From assembly GCA_030650425.1 (NCBI GenBank), contig JAUSED010000002.1, positions 2,388-66,387 of the forward strand: a DNA stretch of 64,000 nucleotides, in the 5' to 3' direction. This DNA is from Candidatus Omnitrophota bacterium (GTDB taxonomy: Bacteria; Omnitrophota; Gorgyraeia; Gygaellales; Profunditerraquicolaceae). The position numbers were made by a program, and so were the translations under genes. Below, in pieces: positions 26,134-35,176 of the stretch (the first letter of the stretch is position 1; every line of letters starts with the position of its first letter). The notes under the pieces were generated by a model. It made no database searches and was not told the DNA's origin. It saw only the letters and a list, made by a program, of their open reading frames with translations.

Positions 26134-27529
26134 GGGCTTCTCCTACTACATATAATGAACCGGTAACTAAAATTAAGTCTTGTTTTTCGGTAAGCATTAA
26201 AGCTAGATCTTTTGCCTCTTTGACGCTATTTGTAATATGCGTTTCTTTACCTTTGAAGTATTTTTTAAGAACCTCTGGCTCGGTTGCGCGCGGGTTATTG
26301 GATTTAGTCAATATAATCTTATCGGCTAAAGCATAAAGTTCTTGCGCTACCCCTTTTATGTCCTTATCACCTGAGATACCTAACACCAGAATCAAATTCC
26401 GGTAATAAAATCTTGTTTGAATCGCCTTTTTTAAAATCGCGGCGGAAGCGGCATTTTGCGCGCCGTCTAAAACAATAACCGGCTGCTTAGCTACCAATTC
26501 GCAGCGGCCCGGCCATAAAGTATTATAAAGCCCTCTCCTCAGAGAATCAACCTCGACTTTAATTGCGTGGCCTCGCAAAGAGCCGATTGCGGCTAAGGCA
26601 GTTACGGCATTCATCACTTGATGCGCTCCAATTAATTTTATCTTTAGATTTTTATAATTTCCATAAGGACCGCTGATTCTAAAATTATCTTCATTCCCGC
26701 TATATTCTATATCTTTTCCTACTACCAATAATCTTGCTCTTTCTTTTTTACATTTACGCCTGATAACCTCCAATGCCTCTTTTTTTTGCGGAGCGGAAAT
26801 TACAGTAGAATTATATTTAATTATTCCGGATTTTTCCGAAGCTATCTTCTTTAGCGTATGGCCTAATTTATCCATATGTTCATAACTTATCGGAGTAATC
26901 ACGCTTACTAAAGGATTAACCACATTCGTCGCGTCTAATCTTCCGCCTAAGCCGGTCTCTAAGACCGCTAAATCAACTTTTTTTTCTTGAAAATATAAAA
27001 AGGCTAAAGCTGTGCAGGCTTCAAAAAAGGTAAGTCGGCCGTAAATCGAACTACGGTTATATTTTTCTATCGCGGGTTTTAATCTTTTCACTAAACTGGT
27101 GAGCTTAGGCTTAGAAATCATCCCTTCAAAGTCGGCCAGGGACAACGCATTGACAGGGGACACTTTCCTTTGGGCAGCAGGAGACACTTTCCTGCAGGAG
27201 TTTACGACTTGCTGGAAAGTGTCCCCTGCCAGTGGAACCAAAATCCTTATTCGTTCGCGAAAATCGATTAGATGCGGAGAGGTGTAAAGCCCGACCCGGA
27301 AACCAGCTTCCCTTAATATATAGGTAATAAAAGCAGCTGTGGAACCTTTACCTTTTGATCCGGCTACGTGGATACATTTAAGGAAGCGCTCAGGGTTATT
27401 AATTGAACTCAGGAATCCTCGGAAGCGCTTTAAATCCAGCGCTTCTTTATAGGGATAGCTGGAAAGCTTTTCGTAGTTAACCAAAGATTCCAGGTAGCGG
27501 ATTGCTTCTTGGTAGGACATACTAAACAA
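26090..27529 (-). CDS. folC: Bifunctional folylpolyglutamate synthase/dihydrofolate synthase, carrying an in-frame inverted-repeat insertion
   Basis: The Mur-ligase/FolC motifs are VAGSKGKGSTAAF and …LETGLGGRLDATNV… The insertion at 27154-27228 encodes …LAGDTFQQVVNSCRKVSPAAQRKVSPV… The C-terminal tail …ALPRKQFPL comes from the repeat array. Confidence 0.85.
   Translation of the reverse strand: MFSMSYQEAIRYLESLVNYEKLSSYPYKEALDLKRFRGFLSSINNPERFLKCIHVAGSKGKGSTAAFITYILREAGFRVGLYTSPHLIDFRERIRILVPLAGDTFQQVVNSCRKVSPAAQRKVSPVNALSLADFEGMISKPKLTSLVKRLKPAIEKYNRSSIYGRLTFFEACTALAFLYFQEKKVDLAVLETGLGGRLDATNVVNPLVSVITPISYEHMDKLGHTLKKIASEKSGIIKYNSTVISAPQKKEALEVIRRKCKKERARLLVVGKDIEYSGNEDNFRISGPYGNYKNLKIKLIGAHQVMNAVTALAAIGSLRGHAIKVEVDSLRRGLYNTLWPGRCELVAKQPVIVLDGAQNAASAAILKKAIQTRFYYRNLILVLGISGDKDIKGVAQELYALADKIILTKSNNPRATEPEVLKKYFKGKETHITNSVKEAKDLALMLTEKQDLILVTGSLYVVGEARGTVSALPRKQFPL
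27154..27228. repeat. Inverted-repeat element (GGGGACACTTTCC … a degenerate GGAGACACTTTCC copy … GGAAAGTGTCCCC), in frame in folC
   Basis: tgacaggggacactttcctttgggcagcaggagacactttcctgcaggagtttacgacttgctggaaagtgtcccctgcc. Confidence 0.85.
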
Positions 27530-29095
27530 TCAGTGCCGGAAGTGGCGGATACCGGTGGTGACCATAGCTATTTTGTATTTATCGCAGGTTTTGATTATCT
27601 CTTCGTCGGCAATCGAACCACCGGGCTGGATAATCGCCCTGGCGCCGGCTTTATGCGCCCAGAGGATAGCATCCGGCTTAGGAAAGAAGGCATCGGAGGC
27701 CAAACAAGAATTAACGCTTAACTTTCCTGATTTTTTCTTGGCAATCATCACTGAATCAACCCGGGACATTTGCCCAGCGCCGATACCGACAGTCTTTGTT
27801 CCTTTAGTTAAAACAATGGCATTGGATTTAACATGCTTAGCCACTTTCCAACCGAAAATTAAACTCTCCATCTCTTGTTTGATAGGTTTTCTTTTAGTGA
27901 CTACTTTCAGGTTATTTAAATCCAGGGTAGCCAGATCTTTATCTTGCAGCAACAGTCCGCCGCTTACTCTTTTTAAATCCGGCTCATTGATCGGGCTTAG
28001 GTCGCTAAATTCAAGAATACGTAAGTTCTTCTTTTCTTTAAATAAGGCTAAAGCCTGAGGATCAAAACCCGGAGCAATAATACACTCTAAGAACCCGCTT
28101 TTTACGACGACCTTCGCGGTATTTAGGTCCATCCTCCGATTTAAAGCCACGATGCCCCCAAACGCCGAGAGGGTATCGCAAATCCAAGCGGATAAAAACG
28201 CCTTCTCTAAAGTTTTGTCTTCCGCTGCCCCACAGGGATTATTGTGTTTAACAATTACTGCCGCGGGATTCGTAAATTCGCGGACTAATTCAAAAGCGGA
28301 ATTTAAATCCAGAATATTATTAAATGAGAGTTCCTTGCCTTGTAATTGCCTTAGATTAATTAGGCCGGCGCTCTTACCTTTTTCTTTGTAAAAAGCCGCT
28401 TGTTGATGCGGGTTCTCTCCATAACGTAAATCCTGAATCTTCTCGAAAGAGAGAGTGAGTGTGCTCGGAAAACCCCCTGCTTGCGCGCAAGCGCCGCTAT
28501 TCCATCTGTTCAGGTATTCGAAGATCGCCGCGTCATATTTGGATGTACGGTTAAAAACTTCAATTCCTAAATCGCGCATCAGGCTATCCGGCAAAGCGCC
28601 TTTATTTTTCTTAAGCTCCTCAATCACTTGGGAATAACGGCTAGGATTGCAGATTACCGCTACTGAGCGGTGGTTTTTGGCGGCAGAGCGCAGCATAGAC
28701 GGGCCACCGATATCAATATTCTCAATCACTTCTTCAATGGAAACTCCGGGTTTTTGCGTCGTTTTTTCGAATGGATAAAGATTGACCACCACCATATCAA
28801 TCAGGCCGATATCATGCGCTTGGAGTGTTTGCATATGCTCCTCATTATCTCTTAAAGCCAGCAGCCCGCCGTGTATCTTAGGATGCAGGGTCTTCACCCG
28901 TCCATCGAGCATTTCAGGAAACCCGGTATATTCGGAGACTTCTTTAACCGGAATATTATTTTCGCGGAATAATTTTGCCGTACCTCCTGTCGAGAGGATC
29001 TCTACTCCGAATTTTTCTAATTCTTTTGCCAAATCCAATATCCCTGTCTTATCCGATACACTGATTAACGCACGCTTAATCTTAACCATGATCAT
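27530..29095 (-). CDS. purH: Bifunctional AICAR formyltransferase/IMP cyclohydrolase
   Basis: The MGS-like N-terminus reads ALISVSDKTGI…LSTGGTAK…GRVKTLHPKIHGGLL. The AICARFT C-domain is full length. Confidence 0.9.
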   Translation of the reverse strand: MIMVKIKRALISVSDKTGILDLAKELEKFGVEILSTGGTAKLFRENNIPVKEVSEYTGFPEMLDGRVKTLHPKIHGGLLALRDNEEHMQTLQAHDIGLIDMVVVNLYPFEKTTQKPGVSIEEVIENIDIGGPSMLRSAAKNHRSVAVICNPSRYSQVIEELKKNKGALPDSLMRDLGIEVFNRTSKYDAAIFEYLNRWNSGACAQAGGFPSTLTLSFEKIQDLRYGENPHQQAAFYKEKGKSAGLINLRQLQGKELSFNNILDLNSAFELVREFTNPAAVIVKHNNPCGAAEDKTLEKAFLSAWICDTLSAFGGIVALNRRMDLNTAKVVVKSGFLECIIAPGFDPQALALFKEKKNLRILEFSDLSPINEPDLKRVSGGLLLQDKDLATLDLNNLKVVTKRKPIKQEMESLIFGWKVAKHVKSNAIVLTKGTKTVGIGAGQMSRVDSVMIAKKKSGKLSVNSCLASDAFFPKPDAILWAHKAGARAIIQPGGSIADEEIIKTCDKYKIAMVTTGIRHFRH

Positions 29096-29107
29096 TTCTC
29101 CTAAAAG

Positions 29108-29809
29108 TTATTTATTAAACCTGAAGTTCGCCAGATCGCAGTCCTGCATGATATAATCTTTCTGCTCCAGGCGCATCTTACCTGCCTGCTTGGCTTGATT
29201 CTCTCCGCCGCATTCCATAAAATCCTTAAAGCTGATGATTTCAGCTCGAATAAATCCCTGCTGGATATCCGAATGTATCGCCCCGGAGGCCTCCCAGGCA
29301 TTTTCTCCGTTTTTGATTAACCAGGCCCGGGTATCTTTTTCACCGGTGGTAAAGAAACTAATGAATCCGCTTTCTTTTAATACCTTGGCTAATAAAGTAT
29401 TCTTATCTTCTAAATCCGCTTGAGCCGCAACAATTACCGGCTTAGCCGTAAACAGCCCGTATTTAACTAATACCTGCTTCTCTTCGCTAGTTAACTCGGC
29501 AGAATAAATAAACTGTTCTTTTTCCAAAAAGTTTTTCAATTTATTTAATAAAGCTTTCTCCGCTTCCTCGCTTGAACGCGAAAGCCGCGTCTCGACGAAC
29601 TCCAAGTCTTTGAGGATAAGGTCGCTCGCCGAATCCTTAGCTACCAGAATCGCGCCCGCGTCAATAGCCGCATCCTCTCCGACAACTTCAACTTGAATAT
29701 AGGTTTTTTTCTTGGCCTTGGTGATGCTATCCACCTGATCCAGGCGGGGATCCTTAATATTATGTTTCCCGGGGGTAATCTCCGGTAATCCGATTACGCT
29801 GATTTTCAT
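29108..29809 (-). CDS. YchF-like protein that keeps the coiled-coil and C-terminal TGS domain but lacks the P-loop and G motifs
   Basis: The C-terminus …TGEKDTRAWLIKNGENAWEASGAIHSDIQQGFIRAEIISFKDF…AKQAGKMRLEQKDYIMQDCDLANFRFN aligns with the YchF TGS domain. The N-terminus MKISVIGLPEITPGKHNIKDPRLDQ goes from the GLP of the G1 region straight to the PDPRLDQ segment with no GxxxxGKS/T motif. The G3 DxxG equivalent reads EVVGED. Confidence 0.55.
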   Translation of the reverse strand: MKISVIGLPEITPGKHNIKDPRLDQVDSITKAKKKTYIQVEVVGEDAAIDAGAILVAKDSASDLILKDLEFVETRLSRSSEEAEKALLNKLKNFLEKEQFIYSAELTSEEKQVLVKYGLFTAKPVIVAAQADLEDKNTLLAKVLKESGFISFFTTGEKDTRAWLIKNGENAWEASGAIHSDIQQGFIRAEIISFKDFMECGGENQAKQAGKMRLEQKDYIMQDCDLANFRFNK

Positions 29810-29817
29810 AGAAATGA

Positions 29818-31773
29818 TTACTGCTCTTCCTGTTTTTTGGTAGCTTGATATTGAGTAATGATAGGAGCGCTCACCTTACGCGGCACTTCTTCGTAGTGTG
29901 AAAAACGCATGGTATATTGCCCCCGGCCTCCGGTGATCGAACGCAGGTCATTGGCGTATTTAAACATCTCGGAGAGCGGCGCCTGCACTTTGACCATCTG
30001 TTGTTTTCCTTTTACCTCCATCCCGATAACCCTCCCCCGCCGGGAATTTATATCTCCGGAGATAGCGCCGAGGCATTCTTCCGGTATGTTTATATCCACA
30101 TCCATGATCGGCTCTAATAATACCGGGCCAGCCTCCATTACTGCCTTGCGTAAAGCCATTGCCCCGGCAATCTGAAAAGCCATATCCGAAGAATCAACTT
30201 CGTGGTATGAACCGTCAACCAGAGTAACCCGGATATCTTCGATTGGGTACCCGGCGACAGCTCCTTCCAAGACTGCCTGGCGCACCCCTTTCTCGACGGA
30301 AGGAATAAAATTACGCGGGATAGCGCCTCCGAATATCTTATCGACAAACTCCAGGCCTTTGCCTCTTGCCAATGGACTAACCTCAAGCCAACAATCGCCG
30401 TATTGTCCGCGGCCTCCTGACTGGCGCTTAAATTTACCCTGGACCTTAATAGTTTTGGTAATCGTTTCTTTATAAGAAACTTTCGGCGTCCCTAATTCCA
30501 CTGCGACATTAAATCTCTTTTTCATCCGGCCGACCATCACTGCCAGATGCAGGTCGCCTAAGCCGGAAACAATCAGTTCTTTAGTCTGCGGGTCGTGCCT
30601 AACCCCGAAGGTGTGGTCTTCTGCCGCCAGTTTATGCAAGGCATCGGAAATTTTTTCTTCATCCTCGCGGGATTTTGGTTTAACCGAAGCAGAGATCGCG
30701 GCTTCGGGGAAGGCTATCGGCTCAAACAAGAATTGCTCTTTATCCGCCGAGAGCGAATCCGAGACGCCCGTCTCTTTCAACTTGGCAATGGCAACAATAT
30801 CCCCGCAAGTAGCAGCCTCAATCTGTCTCTCCTCTTTACCCTGCAAAAGATAAATCGGGCCGATTCTTTCTTTTAAGTTTTTGTTCACGTTATAAAAACC
30901 CGCGTTCGCTAAAAGCTTCCCGGAAAAAACGCGTAATAATGTAAGTTGGCCTACAAACGGATCCGAAATATTTTTAAAAACAAAAGCTGAGAACGGAGCA
31001 TCTTCTTTAAGAGAAAGCTCTTTTTGCTCATCGGGCTTAGTAGAATTAAATACCTTTACAGGATTCCTTTCGGCTGGATCAGGCAGGTATTGCAAAATGT
31101 CCTCTAAAAGATCTTTAATCCCTTGATCGCTCAGCGCTGAACCAGCCAGAACCGGAAAAATCTTGCGCTTACTCACCGCCCGGGCTAACCCAACCTTAAT
31201 CTCCTCCATCGAGAGCCGAAGGGTGGAAAGGTATTTTTCCAATAAGCTATCATCACTTTCAGCGATTGCTTCTACTAAAAGCGGGTCTTCCAAAGATTGA
31301 ATGATCACGCAATTTTTAGAAAGATTGGATTTTAAATCTGCCAGGACTTTATTGATATCCGCGCCTTCTTTGTCCATCTTATTGATAAAGATCATAGATG
31401 GTAAATTAGCTTCCTGGGCCATCTCCCAGGCGCGCGTAGTCCCTACCTGTACGCCGCTTAGCGCATCCACCACAATCAGCGCGCTGTCTACCGCGCGCAG
31501 GCCAGAGATAACCTCTCCGAAAAAATCCGCGTACCCGGGCGTATCGACGATCTGTATACGATTTCCCTGATAATCACAAAAGAGCAGGCTTAAATTTATC
31601 GAGTTTTTCTTTTCTATTTCATCAAAACTGTAGTCGCTGACCGTTGTCCCGTCTTCAACCTTACCTTTGCGGGTCGTAGCTTTAGTGAAATAAAGTATGC
31701 TTTCAGCGAGGGTCGTTTTACCGGACTGGGCATGGCCTAAAAGGATGAGATTGCGTTTATTTTTCACATCCAT
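29818..31773 (-). CDS. Elongation factor G-family translational GTPase paralog with divergent G motifs
   Basis: G1 reads GHAQSGKTT, G3 reads DTPGYADF (Tyr where the catalytic His of DTPGH is expected) and G4 reads NKMD. The EF-G domains II-V follow, e.g. GRGQYGDCWLEVSP and RGQYTMRFSHYEEVP. Confidence 0.7.
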   Translation of the reverse strand: MDVKNKRNLILLGHAQSGKTTLAESILYFTKATTRKGKVEDGTTVSDYSFDEIEKKNSINLSLLFCDYQGNRIQIVDTPGYADFFGEVISGLRAVDSALIVVDALSGVQVGTTRAWEMAQEANLPSMIFINKMDKEGADINKVLADLKSNLSKNCVIIQSLEDPLLVEAIAESDDSLLEKYLSTLRLSMEEIKVGLARAVSKRKIFPVLAGSALSDQGIKDLLEDILQYLPDPAERNPVKVFNSTKPDEQKELSLKEDAPFSAFVFKNISDPFVGQLTLLRVFSGKLLANAGFYNVNKNLKERIGPIYLLQGKEERQIEAATCGDIVAIAKLKETGVSDSLSADKEQFLFEPIAFPEAAISASVKPKSREDEEKISDALHKLAAEDHTFGVRHDPQTKELIVSGLGDLHLAVMVGRMKKRFNVAVELGTPKVSYKETITKTIKVQGKFKRQSGGRGQYGDCWLEVSPLARGKGLEFVDKIFGGAIPRNFIPSVEKGVRQAVLEGAVAGYPIEDIRVTLVDGSYHEVDSSDMAFQIAGAMALRKAVMEAGPVLLEPIMDVDINIPEECLGAISGDINSRRGRVIGMEVKGKQQMVKVQAPLSEMFKYANDLRSITGGRGQYTMRFSHYEEVPRKVSAPIITQYQATKKQEEQ

Positions 31774-31795
31774 GGCAGTATTTCCTTAAAGCAGG

Positions 31796-31824
31796 CCCAT
31801 GTACACCTACGCGGTATACATGGG
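31796..31824. repeat. Hairpin CCCATGTACACC-tacgcg-GTATACATGGG, related to the 45121 palindrome (shared core ATGTACACCT…GGTGTACAT)
   Basis: Read directly from the sequence. It lies between the KamA stop and the EF-G-like start. Confidence 0.6.
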
Positions 31825-31832
31825 TTAATCAA

Positions 31833-33020
31833 CTATTCCAGGTAGGTATAAATCTTGCCTTTATAATTGCGCAGGACGTATTTCCCCTTTGCCTGCGAAA
31901 GGATGTAATTCGGGCCCACGGGGATCTTGCCTCCTCCCCCCGGTCCGTCAATAACATAGGTAGGGACAGCGTATCCGGAAGTATGGCCGCGTAATTTTTC
32001 CATAATGTTGATCCCGGCGGCAACCGGGGTCCTGAAATGCTGCGTGCCCCGAACCGGGTCGCACTGATAGATATAGTAAGGCCTAACCCTGACCTGCAAT
32101 AATTCATGCACCAGCTTTTTCATGATATAGGGACGGTCATTAACACCTTTTAAAAGCACAGTCTGGCTGCCCAAAGGAATTCCGGCATCCGCTAACATAT
32201 CGCAGGCAATTTTGCAACGCTTGGTTATTTCTTTCGGGTGATTAAAATGTATGCTCATCCAAATTGGCGAATATTTTTTAAGCATATTCGCCAATTTTTC
32301 CGTAATCCGCTGAGGGAGGGTCACCGGAACGCGCGTGCCCAGCCTTAAAAATTCCACATGCGATATAGAACGGATCCTTTCAAGCAGATTCTCTAATTCC
32401 TCATCTTCTAAAATTAACGGGTCTCCTCCGGATATAAGCACATCCCTTATTTTACGGTTAGCCTTGATATATTCTATAGCCCCGTCAAACCTGTTGGCGG
32501 ACGCGGGATTTTTCTCTTCGTGGTCGCCGACTAAACGCCTGCGCGTGCAATGGCGGCAGTACATCGCGCAATGATCGGTAGCTAATAATAAAACCCTGTC
32601 CGGATAACGGTGCACCAAGTGAGGCGCGGGAGAATCCCTGTCCTCCGCGCAAGGATCAGTCATTTCATGGGGAGTGATCATTGATTCCTGGATCACAGGG
32701 ACAGCCTGACGCCTAATCGGGCAATTGGGATCATCAGGATCTAATAACGTCCCCCAGTAAGGAGTGATCGCCATGGATAACCGTCCTTTGGCCTTATCTA
32801 TCCCCTTCTCTTCGTCGGGAGTTAAGGTAATAATCTGCGACAGGATATCCTTGACGCAGATTCTGTTTTTTATCTGCCAATGCCAATCTTCCCAATCTAA
32901 CGGGTTAACGTCTTTATAAATGCCGATCTGCTGGTAATCGCGCGGCTTCTTGGAAGTGCGGGGTAGCGGAGCGCTCTCCTGCTGCAATTTTTGATTTTCA
33001 ATTGCCTGAAGGCTCGTCAA
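31833..33020 (-). CDS. KamA-family radical SAM aminomutase (lysine 2,3-aminomutase-like)
   Basis: CAMYCRHCTRRR fits the CxxxCxxC motif, inside the conserved KamA core …GGDPLIL…. Confidence 0.8.
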   Translation of the reverse strand: MTSLQAIENQKLQQESAPLPRTSKKPRDYQQIGIYKDVNPLDWEDWHWQIKNRICVKDILSQIITLTPDEEKGIDKAKGRLSMAITPYWGTLLDPDDPNCPIRRQAVPVIQESMITPHEMTDPCAEDRDSPAPHLVHRYPDRVLLLATDHCAMYCRHCTRRRLVGDHEEKNPASANRFDGAIEYIKANRKIRDVLISGGDPLILEDEELENLLERIRSISHVEFLRLGTRVPVTLPQRITEKLANMLKKYSPIWMSIHFNHPKEITKRCKIACDMLADAGIPLGSQTVLLKGVNDRPYIMKKLVHELLQVRVRPYYIYQCDPVRGTQHFRTPVAAGINIMEKLRGHTSGYAVPTYVIDGPGGGGKIPVGPNYILSQAKGKYVLRNYKGKIYTYLE

Positions 33021-34018
33021 TTTAACCCTTTCCTTTCTGAGGCGCTCAAGATGATTGCCTCAATCAGATCTTCGTATTTCATCCCGGCGGCGTAAGCCAT
33101 AATCGGAAAATTCGATTCTTGAGGATCCAATCCCGGTAATGGATTTATCTCCAATACATATGGCACATTAAATTTATCCAAACGTATATCGGTACGCGAA
33201 ATATCCAGGCATCCTACCGCGCGGTGCGTCTTAAGCGCGACTTCTTTTACCCTTGCCTCAACATCCTTATCCAGGCGCGCCGGGCAATGAAAAACAGGCA
33301 CTAGCCCAAGCTCCCTGTTCCCCTGATACTCTTTCATCTTCCAGGAATAAAAATATTCTCCGCTATTTTTGCACTCCGAAAAATCTATCTCCAGAATCGG
33401 CAGGACCCGGGTCTTCCCGTTCTCTAATATCCCGACGGTAAGTTCTTTACCTTCGATAAATTCTTCGGCTAAGGCTTCCTGATGATAGGAACTCAGTGTC
33501 TCTTTCACTCTCTTAAAGAGATCATCGGCGTTATCCACGACATTCGCCTTGCTGATCCCTTTGGCCGAACCTTCGCAATTGGGTTTTACGATTAACGGAA
33601 ATTTTAACGCCGGATCTAATTCTTCGCTGCCTTTGGTAAAGAGCTGGAAATTCGGAGTGGGGATATTTTCCGCTTTTAAGATTTTTTTGGTAATGGTTTT
33701 ATTTAAGGCCAAGGCCAATGAAAAAGTATCCGAGCCTGTGTAGGGAATATTCAGGTAATCCAATATTGCCGGCACCTCTGACTCGCGGAATTTACCGGAT
33801 TGCCCTTCGGCAATATTAAAAACCATATCCACGGAATTTTTTCTGAAATAAGAGAAGAGTTTGGGATATTCCACGTCGATAGCTTCGACATGATGGCCTT
33901 TGGCCTTAATAGCGCTTACAATGGCGTTAATCGTCTCTTCGGAATCGTATTCCGAGAAATAATCCGCGGGCTTAGTTTCGTCTTTTTTCTTTAAATTGTA
34001 GGTTAATGCGATTTTCAT
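33017..34018 (-). CDS. ATP-grasp ligase of the D-alanine--D-alanine ligase family, paralog 1
   Basis: LIVKPNCEGSAKGISK, EFIEGKELTVGIL and YVLEINPLPGL align with the Ddl ATP-grasp core. The N-terminal domain is divergent. Confidence 0.7.
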   Translation of the reverse strand: MKIALTYNLKKKDETKPADYFSEYDSEETINAIVSAIKAKGHHVEAIDVEYPKLFSYFRKNSVDMVFNIAEGQSGKFRESEVPAILDYLNIPYTGSDTFSLALALNKTITKKILKAENIPTPNFQLFTKGSEELDPALKFPLIVKPNCEGSAKGISKANVVDNADDLFKRVKETLSSYHQEALAEEFIEGKELTVGILENGKTRVLPILEIDFSECKNSGEYFYSWKMKEYQGNRELGLVPVFHCPARLDKDVEARVKEVALKTHRAVGCLDISRTDIRLDKFNVPYVLEINPLPGLDPQESNFPIMAYAAGMKYEDLIEAIILSASERKGLN

Positions 34019-34024
34019 TCTATG

Positions 34025-35014
34025 TTAATTTAAATTATGCCTTTTAATCGCGCTATTCAATATTTTTCCGATCATCTGTTCGTAGGTAATCCCGGTATGC
34101 TCCGCTACCAGCTTGAAGACGTCTTCCGTAGAGAGCGAAGGCAAAGGATTAATCTCTAAAACATAAGGTTTCCCTTCACTATCTACGCGAAAATCAACCC
34201 GGCCAAAATCGCAGCAATCCACCGACTTATAAGTCCTTAAAGCGAGCTCGTCGATCTTTTTCTTTAAGTCTTGGGAAATTTTCGCGGGGCAGATGTATTC
34301 CAGCCTATCCGAAGTAATCCGGGCAAAGGTGTAAAATTTATCATTCAGTTTTAATTTTCCGTCGATCTTGATCTGGACAGCCGGCAACACTTCTACCGGG
34401 TCATTTCCGGCGAGCGCCACGGTGAATTCCTGTCCGGAGATAAATTCTTCGACCAATGCCGGTTGTTTATAGGCTGTGACGATATACTCAACCTGTTTAG
34501 CCAATTCTTCTCTGGTCTCTACCCGGGAACTTTCACTCAGGCCTTTGGATGAACCCTCGAAGCGCGGTTTGACGATAAGCGGAAATTTGTGATGATTAAT
34601 ATTGGCTAATTCGGATACGGAACTGACTTCAAAAAATTTCGGGGTGGGGATTTTTTCGGCGATAAAAATCTTTTTGGCCATTACCTTATCGAGGGTAAGG
34701 CCCAGGGTAAGCGCGTCTGATCCGACGAAAGGGATTCCGGCCATCTCAAGCAATATAGGAACCTGGGATTCACGATTCCTTCCAGTGAGGCCTTCGGAGA
34801 TATTGAAAACGATGTCCACTTTTAAAGAGGATAATTTTTCCAGAAGGTTACCGGCATTGCCAATTCTTTCCACCTTAAAACCATTTGATTCAATCGCGGA
34901 AGCTATAACATCAATAGTCGAAGGATGGTCAAATTCCGCGTTGGCATCCGCGGGATCTCCCTCCTTAAACTGATAATCTGACTTTAAATCGTAAGTTAAT
35001 CCTACTATTTTCAT
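34025..35014 (-). CDS. ATP-grasp ligase of the D-alanine--D-alanine ligase family, paralog 2
   Basis: LIVKPRFEGSSKGLSE, EFISGQEFTVALAGN and YVLEINPLPSL. It is paralogous to 33017-34018. Confidence 0.7.
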   Translation of the reverse strand: MKIVGLTYDLKSDYQFKEGDPADANAEFDHPSTIDVIASAIESNGFKVERIGNAGNLLEKLSSLKVDIVFNISEGLTGRNRESQVPILLEMAGIPFVGSDALTLGLTLDKVMAKKIFIAEKIPTPKFFEVSSVSELANINHHKFPLIVKPRFEGSSKGLSESSRVETREELAKQVEYIVTAYKQPALVEEFISGQEFTVALAGNDPVEVLPAVQIKIDGKLKLNDKFYTFARITSDRLEYICPAKISQDLKKKIDELALRTYKSVDCCDFGRVDFRVDSEGKPYVLEINPLPSLSTEDVFKLVAEHTGITYEQMIGKILNSAIKRHNLN

Positions 35015-35033
35015 AAAGTTTTAGCTCCGCTTA

Positions 35034-35066
35034 CAAAAAAAGGCTCTTATTGTCCTAAAGAGCCCT
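35034..35066 (-). terminator. Rho-independent terminator (7-bp GC-rich stem plus U7) lying 20 nt upstream of the ATG of the Ddl-like gene
   Basis: The minus-strand RNA reads GGCUCUUUAGGACAAUAAGAGCC-UUUUUUU-GUAAGCGGAGCUAAAACUUU-AUG. A TTGACA-containing AT-rich promoter-like region lies further upstream at about 35120-35176. Confidence 0.6.
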
Positions 35067-35176
35067 TATCCACCTGCCTGATTTTTCCAATTTATCTTTC
35101 CTGCCTCCGAAAAATTTATCTAAGTGTTGTATTTATGATATTTTTTACCACAATATGTTATAGTTGTCAAGAAATT

